Shown here piece by piece: positions 1 through 11,000 of a DNA stretch of 64,000 bases. The first letter of the stretch is position 1. Each line of letters starts with the position of its first letter. Source of the DNA: Lama guanicoe (taxonomy: Eukaryota); contig MU054575.1 in the NCBI GenBank assembly GCA_013239625.1, positions 929,687-993,686 of the forward strand, written 5' to 3'. The position numbers and the translations under genes are program-made. The notes below the pieces were generated by a model, which worked only from the letters and a program-made list of their open reading frames with translations, made no database searches and was not told the DNA's origin.

Positions 1-2077
1 CCTACTGAGGGCACTGCCACTTGCTTGGTTCAGGCAGCCTATCTCTTGTCACCTCGCCTTCTCTGCCCAGGTCCCTTGGTGGGGCCCAGGAGCTGAGGAC
101 AGGGACGGGCACCTGGGCCTCAGAGTAATCAGCACCCACGGGCACCCCAGCTCACAGCCCAGGAAAGCATGACTCCCACCAGTCCGCAGGAGGCGCCAGG
201 CTGCCCGGCGCTCTTGGCCTCCACCTTCACCTGCAGTGCCCTTCTGCCCAAACCCACCTCAAGGCCCTGCCTGACCACCCCTGCCAAAGCCACCTGCTTT
301 GTCCACCACGCTGCCTTACAGCTCACACACTCTATACTGGTTCCCACGAATAAACAGGACCCCCAGAGGTCAGTTGTCCCAGTGAGCGGCACACGCTCTG
401 TGCTGAACCAATTCCCTCCTAGGGACCCTATACAGAAACCCAAACTTAGCGCCTTCACCTACTCAAAAGGAAGCACACACCTGAGTTCTACCTTTGCAGG
501 ACAGTGACGCGGGAGCTGAACACAAGTCGGCACTCAGTTTAACATTCAGCTCCAAGCACAAGCACTAACTTGAACCTGAAGGTACGTAAGCGTGTAGATA
601 TAAAACCGTATGCGTGTGTAACACGTAAATACCACACGTACACGCAAACATGCATCTCTAGCACCAGCCGCTGAGAGGCCTAAACCCGTGACAGATGGCA
701 CCTGTATTTTGGGTTTTAAATCTCCCTCCACTAAAAGTCACAGGGCCTCTTGCACAAACGGAAGACTCCAGGTCTAGGACAGGGAAAGTTCAAGAGAAAA
801 TGGATCGCTTGTGCCACAAAGTTAGAAAGTACTCAAAATTAGTGGGGACACAGGCAAAGGACATAGAAGCCAGCTTAAAGGGACTCCCCCGCTCCACTGT
901 TCAAAATGAATGATGGCAAATGATAAATCACTGAATAAAAAGCTAATCCATGAGTCTACAGTAACATTAAAATGGGGTGGGGGGAGTAGGGAAGGAAAGC
1001 TTTCCTTTACTATATGTAATATGTTAATAAGATCGGCAGAACTAGAAAAACGCCCTTTTATAACCACCAATGTCATCACTGATTTGCAAGGATCACCAAC
1101 TGTGCCACAATCCTGGTGGGAAAGTTTTATGGAGAACAGGACTCCCACAGGGCATCCGATAGCTCACTTACGCAAAGGACCCTAAAGTGTAGAAACCGGC
1201 AGGCACTGTCTCCACCAAGTCACCAATCTCAGTGCCCCCGTCACCAGCCCACCTGCACCTCCCACCCTCTCAGGGCACCACGTGGCAGTCTTGCTAAAAC
1301 GTTTCCCCTGAGCCTAATGAGGAGGAGACAGGCCAATCCAGGGTGTGGGCACGCTGTAAGACAGGGGACACACGGCCTGCTTCAAGGAAGAGGAACAAGG
1401 TAGTGGGTAACCCTAGAGTGAGAGAGACAGAAGTAAATGCAATACACAGCCCCTGGCCAGGCCTGATTTCGCGTTGGGGTGCAGTGAACGGGGCCACACG
1501 TCAGCCACCAGGATGCAGTGACGTTAGACTGCTTGGTTGTGGTAGCTGCATGTGGTCATAGGAATTTATCCCGGTTTTTAGGAAATTTACACTAAACTGT
1601 TTTAGGAGAAAAGAGCCAGAATATCTACAACTTGTTTTCAAACAGGTCAGAGAGGAAAAAAAGGATCTATCTATAGGTCTGAAAACGGGGGGAAAATAAC
1701 ACACCTATCAATATATGATCACACCAAAATGACACGGTATCTGGGACCTGCTTCCGAGCACTCGGGGTGGGAAGGAAAGGCACAGGTGCAGGCAGGCCAG
1801 GCGTCTGGGGCTCGGCGCTAGCCCTGCGTGGCGCGGGTACGGAGAGCGCCTGCGCCGGGCACTTTCCTTCTGCAGAGGCTGAATTTCCTAGAGTAAAATG
1901 CTTTTAAATGACGCAGATTTCATTTCAATTATTCTAACTTTGCTGAAGTCTTTAAAGTTTAGTAATTATAGTAATCCTGTACTTGAATCACTTCTTTTAT
2001 TTCAGTAAATGGTTCAAAAGTAGGAGCCTCCCTGCCCTGCATGCGAACAGTTCAATTTCCCACTGCAGTGAACTGAC

Positions 2078-2914
2078 CTGTATTACTTGCATTTTTAGCA
2101 GCTTCCAAGGAATCTGAAGGAACCCCATCTGAAAAACTAAAACATGTTTAAAAAATATTACTCTACAGGAAGTTCAAAAGATAAATAGCTCAAGGGTGTT
2201 TTTCTTTTTCTTTCTCTCTTTTATCAGTAACATTTACTGAAGGGATGGATAAATACACAGAGAAACATACTTGACAGCAAGCCATCAAACTGGTAGCCAG
2301 AGGGTGTTTTTCTAACTTAATATATTAAAGAGGTGTCTCTAAGGTGACTTCAGATTTGGGCAGAAGAGAACTCTGGACACAGGTGTGATGTATAAAACAC
2401 TTTCCTCACTGTTATGTTAAAAAAGCAGCCTTGCCAAGCTGTTAGGACAGGTGTCCACAGAGGCTCTGTGACACAGCCACACAAAGTTCTAAAAACAAAC
2501 TTCATGAACACAGGTCTAGCAGTCTTCAAAGATGCCTGGACACACCCCCACTCACCAAACACAAGCCACATCAAACACAATGCATAACCCGCCGTGGCCT
2601 TCAGGGCAATCTGCAAAAGCCTCCCACTCGACCCCTGGAAGCTACGGGGATACCAGGGTGGCGTCAAGATCTTCCAAGAGCTGCTCACCCAGGAGGTGCC
2701 AGGGCTCCTCATGAAGGCCTGAGACATTCCCACACCCAAAGCCAGTTCTCTATGGGCTCAAATACACAAGCGGGGTGTGGGGGTGGGCACGGGAAGCCAA
2801 CAGCTGGAACGGCTAATGCTGTTTGCTGAAGTAATAAGGCTGGGCTCTTGTCACCGACTAAAATTTTAGACTCCAATAAACAAAGTCCGTTCTGGCTTAC
2901 CTGTTATCTGCCAT
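2078..2914 (-). CDS. NAP1L4: Nucleosome assembly protein 1-like 4, N-terminal coding exons 2-3 (MADNSFSDGVPSDSLEAAKNASNT...); gene continues beyond the left edge of the window
   Basis: Exon 2 is 2901-2931 (ATG at 2914-2912, donor CAG|GTAAGC); exon 3 is 2078-2136 (59 nt, TAG acceptor, CAG|GTCAGT donor); peptide matches the NAP1L4 N-terminus and synteny with CARS1. Confidence 0.92.
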
Positions 2915-3144
2915 CTGAATGCTTTTGTCCCCTACAAATTAAAAAAGAAGTAACGTTACTAAGTATTCAGAAACAAAAAATGTTCAAGTGTACTCTTTTG
3001 ACAGTGATTTACTGTGGGAGATGAGGATCTCCTAAGGAGGGGCTCGAGGAACTTTCTGGGGTGCCGGAAATGCTCTAGACCTTGAGCGGGGTACTGGTTA
3101 CTTGGATACACACACTTGTCAAAATCCATCAAATTATACACTTG

Positions 3145-3290
3145 AGGTAGGAGGATACAGCTCAGTGGTAGAGCACACGCTTGGCATTCACAAGGTCCTG
3201 GGCTCAGTCCCCACAACCTCCTCCAAAAATAAGTAAGTAAGTAAGCCTAATTACCCCCTCACCAAAAATAGAAAGTAAAAGTAAAAAAGT
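3145..3290 (+). mobile_element. Camelid-type tRNA-derived SINE (Vic-1-like) inserted in an old L1 3' end
   Basis: A/B-box head 'agctcagtggtagag...gtcctgggctcagtcccc', A-rich tail, TSD tatacactt. Confidence 0.8.
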
Positions 3291-4860
3291 AACTATACAC
3301 TTAGGATCTGTGTTTCAGTGCAAGCACATTTTATTGATAAAAAATTTCTCTTGTTGGCACTCAAATGACCAGACTTCAGGACAAAGACAATCAATTTGAA
3401 CTTGCCTGATCTCTATATTGAGTTTAGTTTAAAGTAATCCAGAGCATTTACTGGTGTTCATATTGCCTTTCAAACTCTAACTCACCGGGCGGTTTTACTT
3501 TGCTGTGTTCTATCAGCTCCACACGAAGGCGCGGGGATTGCGTAAAACGTACGTAACATCCTCAGTATGACCCCACTTCCACAAGACATGTATGAAGAAG
3601 GATTTACAGCCTAGAAGACTTTCACCTACAGGTGTTAAAGGTGGGTTCTAGGATATTTACTTCTTGAACAGAACATTCTATTAGTACAATTTCAAACCCT
3701 ATCTAAACGCGTAGCTATAGAGTCAGGTTTGGGGATGGAACTGCTTATTCCCAGACGTAGGAAATACACTTCAGAGCCCCTCTGAAGGGTGGTTCCCAGC
3801 CGACAGCTGGTCGACGTCTCATTCTTACGCATCTGAGAGAAGCCCAAACCCCTCAATCAGTGCTTCAGGGTCAAACAAAACAAGAATAACCCTTCATACT
3901 TAAGAAAAGCAGCTCCAGTTGGAATTTATGAACTACAACTGTTCTGTATTCAACTCGACCGCATCTTTCTTAGGCCATTTTGTTTCAGAATAAAACATGT
4001 CAACTACCTTTAAAGTTAAAAATACTACATAAATGTTACATTATTTTTTTCAAAAACCTAAATGAATTAAGGAAGCAAATAAAAACCAGAAGGAAAAAAA
4101 AAAAACCCTTCAAGGGTCCCTATCACTGCTGAGTCCAGAGTCAGTCCACCCAGAAATCCCAATCCCCAGGCTCCCTGGCTCAGCTCCTCTGCCGTTTGCT
4201 GCGTGCACACAGCTGCACCTGGGGTATTCACTCCCAAGCTAGTATGTTCTGCTTTCTCATGTATTATAAATGCAAAGCGTGAGACACACAGAGGTTGGTC
4301 TTCAAAGTAACACCTGACACCAAAATTTTAAGAGCAAATACTTTTACCTGTTACCGGCTGTTAAACACTGCGGTTTCCCCCGCGATACACCTCTGATACC
4401 ATCTGTACAAACACGTCTTAGTTTACACGAGATCTTATCCCGAGTCGTCCTGTATTGAGACGGCAATAGCAGGATTTCCGGGTCAAAGACCGTAAGTGGA
4501 TCGGGTACCTACAGCCAAAAAGGTTCCAGGCAACTCTAATTTGTCCACATAATTAAACTCTCCATTGTCTAACTAACACATCCAACTGCACCTTCTGTGC
4601 AGACCGCATCCACACCACACACTCTCCTGCGGTAGCTGTCACTGCCAGCCTAATGGACCAAGTCCAGTTCTCACCACCCAATTCCAACACCTCCTGCACC
4701 AATGACAGTACCTACAGGGTAGGTACTTCCCACATTTCATACCCTCACCAACTCTGGCAGGGAGGAGGCCCTCCCAGCATACAGGAGAGGACACCAAGGA
4801 TGAGGAGGGTGAAACGCCTAGTCCACGGCCACCTGGCTAGTTAAGATGTGGACTTGGGTT

Positions 4861-5249
4861 TGTCAACTTGAAAGAAAGGAGGTAAATGAAGGCAAACATG
4901 AGTTACCAGAAAGCAAGTTTATTCGGGAATCGCAGAGAAACTGCGATTCAGGACACGCCGACTACAGCGAGCTACAGGTGAGTCTGTTGAGGCGCAGCAG
5001 GGGTCGCTTCCATTGGCAGCGTGCAAAAGGGGAAAACCCCACTAGGGGTCAGCAGCAAGTCCACTGGCTCCAAGGTTGGGAGAGATTCTTGGCAGATCCT
5101 CACTGTTTGGAAGGTAAGTTTCGATCTTTTGTAAATCAAACTCTGATGGGAAATCAGTCCCACCACCTTTGACTCTGTTTTCCAAGAACACATGCACGAG
5201 ACTCTCCACTTCACAGCCTTTGGTTTCATTTCAGATTAAAATTCTTTCA
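4861..5249 (-). mobile_element. ERV1 3' LTR (~390 bp; resembles the MER31/MER67/MER90 group, family tentative)
   Basis: Minus strand starts TGAAAG just after the polypurine tract AAAAGGGAGGAG, ends ...GTTGACA, and has AATAAA at 4923-4918. Confidence 0.8.
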
Positions 5250-5520
5250 CGCTCCTCCCTTTTGATCAAGCTCTTTCACAGGAAGTGTCACCGGTCAACC
5301 TTACTGTACGGGAATCCCACTTAACCAAAGGTGTCACTGGCCCCAGTGGCTTACGTGTCACTTGGAGCAGAGGAGACCCATCCTTGGACGTCTCGTCCCA
5401 CAGACAAGGGAAACCACAAGTGGCCACCTGGCCTCACCTGAGCAACGAAACAACCCTTGAGAAATGGGGAATCTCAGTTGTGTTCCTCCAAGGTGGTCAG
5501 TTCAGTTGCAGGATAAGTCT

Positions 5521-7112
5521 TTACTCTGTATTTACATCTGGTAGTAAGAACTTTATTCTGTACACACATCTGGGAGAAAGACATTGCCTGCTGGTACAAG
5601 ACAGCAGAAATTTAATTATGTGGACTATACCCAAGGCCAGAAGTTGAATTACAGCTACCGACTGGAATAAACTTCTCAACCTGTTTCCCCAGCTGTCCAC
5701 ATTTAATAGGTCAAAAATGTCCCAGAACCCTCGGGTTTGGCCTATTTCAGTTAACAGTCTGACGCTATCTTTCATTATTTGTAGTTCCTGTGTGAATTCC
5801 CCCGATTTGTTAACATAAAAACAGCACTCCTCCTTGAGCCGGGCACAGGTTCTGCCATGCTGTGCAGGGAAGAAGTTTAGGGCGCTGTGGTTTTCAGACT
5901 GCCGCTGCTAGGCTGTCCATTTGGGTTTGCTGATGTTCAAAGACTCACACAACCGTTAAAGGTAGCAGCCATGACTGTGGAGAGATTCTGAACTGCCTTC
6001 TCAAGTTCCGCTACTCCAACCTAAGGGGAAAAGGCCTGGGCGAAGGCACGTCCAAGTCTCCATCTACCACGGGGGCATCTGTAGGCATCCACCCAAAGCT
6101 GTATCCATCCCAGCCACGCTGTGCGCTTGTAAGCTGGTAGCACAAAGGGCCAAGACTGGTGGTGATGGAAGGCGGGGTTTCCCTGACTTCAGCATCAGGA
6201 GGGATGGCAATGACTCTAGCGTCCTTTCCACTGAAGGGGTGTGGAGAGGGCATTCCTTCCACACAGAAAGTAACAACCAGTGCCTTTAAAGATAGGGTTC
6301 AGTGGGCCTTTTTGTCCAGATTTCTTTTCCTGGAATAAAAAAGATCTCATGATCAAAACCAGTCATTTATATAAACACATGGTAAGTGGTTTTGTTAGCA
6401 GTCAGAATGGTTAGAGGGGTTTCTTAAGTTTCAATATGCATGGAGTAACAGGTGCGTCTGCCTGCTACAGGTGACGTTCCGATGGAGGACTGGGGGTGCT
6501 CCAGGGAGAACGCAGGCTGGCTTAAGTCTCCACCACTCGGCAGATTTTTGATCAATTCCCTATGCAGTACCACTGAAGGAAGCACACCAGCTTCCCATCT
6601 CCTGGTATCATTACCCTTTTCATTATCCCACCAAAGAGACCTATTAGTCTCCTAGATTCCATTGGGGGATTCCAGTTCATGACCATCTGAGTCATACACA
6701 ATCATTACAAGCATTCAGCAGGAGGCAGCCTAGAGACTTACCCGTCCCATTAATGTTCCTAAAACATGAGAAAGGTTTTGGGTTAAGAGTCTGGACTGTA
6801 TGGGTGGGGAGGCACCCCATGGAATGCTGTAATATCAGACGCCAATTTACCAGAAGAGAGGATATATACAGCTGCAAAGGCATGAAAGCAAAATCCTCCA
6901 TCTCTGCCAGACAAACCTCCCCGCCGTCCTTCTAAGGATAACGGCCAGGCTTCCAGTTCAGGTTCATCATGAGTGTTACTGACACTGGTGCAACCAACAG
7001 TGAGGTTGGTGGAAATCAGTTTTTATAATGTGGGAGCAAAGGGGTGCATCACAGACAAACTAGGGGGTGGCAAGGAGGTCAGAGAAAAGACAAGTACAAC
7101 TTTAAGCAGCAT
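5521..7112 (-). pseudogene. ERV env remnant (SU-TM), disrupted
   Basis: Signal-like MLLKVVLVFSL at 7112, CWL remnant near 6995, 'VGVAELEKAVQNLS', ISD-like 'NHSALNFFPAQHGRTC', CX6CC 'CARLKEECC' at 5821-5847, hydrophobic anchor at ~5600-5680; several stops and frameshifts. Confidence 0.85.
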
Positions 7113-7229
7113 GCCTTGGTTGTGTGATACAGAACAGGGTAAAGCGAGAGGTTACATCTCTGAAGAGCCGTCTACTGGTGTTTGCTTCAGTCAAAGGGTT
7201 CAGCTTTAGGTCCTGAGCTGCAATGCAGG

Positions 7230-10200
7230 TCCACTCGAGTCTGGGGGCCTTTTTAAGATGGGAACACGTGAATCCAGGAGCCTAACCCCTGGAGCTTGGT
7301 GGCACAGGGGTTAGTCCATAACACCTGGTAGGGGTCCTTCCAATGAGGTGGGGGGAGTCTTTATGGAGAGGCCTCTGTCTCCAGACTGTAAAGAGACATC
7401 TTCATCTCCTGGGAGCATGCTGTGGAAAGGGTATTTCACTACAGCATAACCTCAGACCTGTGCAAATGTGATGTGTGCACCCTTTTATTAGCTGGTCAAA
7501 GGAAGCAGGGGCTAAATGCACAAGCCGTCCATGACTATTTTCAAAGGGTGAGAATTTATGATTCCCAAATGGAGGAGATCCAAGATTTGGAAAAACCAGG
7601 GCAGTACTTTTGGCCAATGTATTTGAAGGAATTCAACTAATTTAGCCAACAGAATCTTTGTAACTCCATTCGTGTATTGAGCCAGTCCTGACAATTGAGG
7701 ATGATAAGCCTGGTAGGAGGGTAGAACTGGCCGCACAGCACAGTGACAGGAGTCCTCTGGTCACTATGGAGTTCCAGGGCGGGGGTTGGGGGTGATCTTT
7801 CTTAAAAGGACTTCAGCTACAGAAGAGAGTCACCGTTCTACGTGAAAACATGCAAACCGTTACTAGAACATATTTACATCCACAAGCTAGGGGCAACTGT
7901 ATGAAATCCACTTGCCACAACTTTAACAGCCTGTTGAGGAAACAGTCCGTCCTGGGGCGGGACCAACAGGCCTCCCTGGGGTTAATTCAGGACAGGTACA
8001 AGCATGACAAGCGCTCTTTGTGGACTCGCTGCTGTTTCTCTACCAATGACCACTTACAAGGACTGCCGTCTTCTCAGTGGCCACTGGTTTAATTCACGTA
8101 CAGTGGTCAGTAAGGGAAGTTTCCGATTTTCTGGCAGGACCAGCTTATTACTGGGTTCAAACCACAGTCCCTGTTCTTTGCGGGTGTAATGACCAGCCTT
8201 CAGATTTCCAGCTGTGCTTTTCTTTCAGAGGCCAGCGGTTGTCCACTCCTGGTTGTTCCCTTAGGTCCCTGCAGGGGAAGAGCCTTCGGGCCATGACGGA
8301 GCTTTGGTCTGTGGATACCGTATGAGAGGGTTTTTGCAGAGGTGTCAGGAAGGCGTTTTCTTTAGCTTCCAGGAACCAGACCTGCAGAGCGCAGGCACTT
8401 CAACGACAGCGAGAGCTACTGGCAGCAGCATGAATTCCACCAGATTCTGAACATAAGGGCCATTCTTAATTTGGTCTCCACTGGAAGTGGGGAAACACTT
8501 GTTTCTATAACACTCCAAACTAATGCACCACTCTAAAGGCATACTAGCTATCAATAGATGTTTCCTGTCTTGCCTGAGAGAGAGCACACAGGCACACCTC
8601 GGAGATACTGCAGGTTTGGTTCCAGACCACCTCAGTAAAGCGAACGTCACAATAAAGCAAGTCACGTGAATTTTTTGGTGTTTACATTGTACTGCAGTTT
8701 GCTGAGTGTGCATCAGCATAATAGCTTAGATAACAATGTACATACTTTAATTTAAGAATACTTTACTGCTAAAAAATGCTAACCACCATCTGGGTCTTCA
8801 GCAAGTTGTAGTAACAACAAAGATCACCGATCACCATAACAAATGTAACAGTATTGCAAGGATTATTCAAATGTGGCAGATACACCAAGAGGGCAAGTGC
8901 TGCTGGAAAAATGGTGCCAACCGACTTGCTTGACACAGGGTTGTCACAAACCTTCAATTTATAAAAAAATCTGCGAAGCACAACGAGGTGCCCCTGTACG
9001 ACTCAGCTTGCTGAGCTGAAGCAGCTGAAGGTAAGGGGACAGCCTCAGTGATCTTGAAAGGAGCCGGTAACACGTGCCCAGCACAAAACTTACCATCTTT
9101 ATTTTTTATGTGGGAGACACTGATAAACCACACAAGATCAGGATTCATCAAGGGGGTTTCCTGTAAAGTCACGAGCGGTCCACAGGTGACCCACCAAAGT
9201 CAGGGTCCCAGGGAATTTCATCAGGAGAGGAGGGGGGAAGGGTGCAGACTTGACACCTGAGACCGCTACAGTGAATGAGAGTGACTGAGCCAGTGAGGAA
9301 GACTTCACTGTGGGGGGAGGGTAGAATGCCTTGCTGCAAGGTGCTGAGTGTGGTGTGAATTCAAGGGAGCCTCAATGGTCCGAGGTGCACAGATGGTAGT
9401 TTACCCAAAGGGCGCAGCAGACAGCTCTAAGGCACGAGCTACCCTCAGGCCAGGGCTCTAACTGTTGGCCCCAGTAACGCAGGGCGGGTGATAGCCCCAT
9501 GTTTTTCGCATAAACGTTCTGACAACATCCCTTCCTCCTCATAGACCAAAAAGAAAAAGCGCAGCTGATGATCTGGGCATCCAAAGGCAGGTGGATTTAT
9601 TAAGCTTCTCCTCAAAAGCTAAGCCACCCTGGTCAGCCCCAACCCCGGGGCAGCTCCAGGGTTCTTCAGAAGGCGTTTGGGGGAGAGTCACTACGGAGAA
9701 GCTTGGAATCCAACTGCAACAATAACCAGTTAGCCCAAGGAAACCCCATAGCTGACATTTGGTTTGGGGTCTGGAAAGTTTAAAATGCCTTGACGTCCAC
9801 TGGGATCCAGGTGTAGTCTCTGTTCTGAGAGTAAACATCTAGGTATCGAACCAGAGTTCAGAAAAATTGCAATTTTTCCTTAGAGAACTTGTATCTCTTA
9901 ATGTCTAAGATTTTTAACAGGTGAACAGTGTCTTTCTGTGGGAATTTTGGGAGGCAAGCAAAGAAGCAAACCATCTACATATTGCAGTAAGGTGGAGCCT
10001 CCAGAGAATTCTATGTCATTTAAGCCAGCCTTTAAACTGTCAGAGAAGCAGCCTGAGTGAAGCCCTGAAGCGTGACTGTCCAAGTGCACTGTGGCCTCCC
10101 AGGTAACGGCGAAGAGATACTGATTACCTTCAGCAACAGCAACACTAAAAAACACACTGGATAAGTCAACCATAGTGAAAAAGCGGCTTCTGGTCTAGAC

Positions 10201-11000
10201 GGGTGCCAAAAGCACGTGGGCATAAGGGACGACAGGACAGCAAGGACAGCACTGCTGTCTATCGCCAGAGGTCCTGGCACGCCTCCATCCTGGCCACAGA
10301 GATTTTTACAGGTAAAATAGGGGTATGACCAGACTGGGGAAAGGCTTAATGAGTCCTTGGGCTTACAGTCTTCTGGACAGAATTTATGCCTGTACGATTT
10401 CTTTATTTACAGGCTACCACTTTATTCTTCAGAGAGGTTTTGAGGGGTCAATCTGGATCTCAGTGGAAGAGGCACCATGAATTCTGCCTATGTCTGCTGA
10501 GCATTCTGCCCGAAAAGCAGTGGGGATTGATACCCGGTTTAGTGGGGGAGGCGGGTAAGTCCAAGGTTTGCTCTTCTCTGGTCTGCAGTGTATTAAAGGC
10601 AAAGGGGCTGAATTCTCCTCAGTGCTGATCGGAATTAAAGGGATGCCTCCCCCTTCTGAGAGAAAGGATGGCAGTGTGCCACTTCTCCAGGAGTCTCCTC
10701 CTAGTAAACTAAGTATGGGAGCCAAACTGACAGGGAGAAATGAGTGCTCTGCACAAGCCCCAGACAAAAAGGTATGGCTGAGGCTAGGGCCTCGCTGCAG
10801 CCCGAGGTACAATGCACTGAAGACGCGCACTATTCTGAGGAAGAAACTGTTTAACTGCAGTTAGGTTGGGCGCTGGCAGAGCAGCCCCATGCCAATCACT
10901 GCTGTCAGGAACTTGTCTCGCACGTGGAAAGCAATCTCCCCCAGCCTAAACTTAAAGGCACGACAGGGAACATGTGTGTCCTCTGAGCTCCAACACTGGG
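7230..11000 (-). pseudogene. ERV pro-pol remnant (RT, RNase H, integrase), disrupted
   Basis: YVDD mutated to YVDG at 9970-9981; integrase core and GPY/F motifs; reading frame fragmented. Confidence 0.88.
8589..8996. mobile_element. Tigger1-derived non-autonomous DNA transposon (Tigger1a_Art-like) nested in the ERV RNase H
   Basis: TIR-like ends CAGGCACACCTCG...CGAGGTGCCCCTG, TA at right (8997-8998) and CA at left; internal sequence matches both Tigger1 ends with the middle deleted. Confidence 0.85.

Noticed and set aside
1-2070. NAP1L4 exon 4 and the NAP1L4-hosted snoRNA SNORA54
   Set aside because: No matching sequence recognised here; both are expected beyond the left edge of the window.
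5521-7112. Functional syncytin-like captured env
   Set aside because: Multiple stops and frameshifts; the longest intact pieces are under 100 aa.
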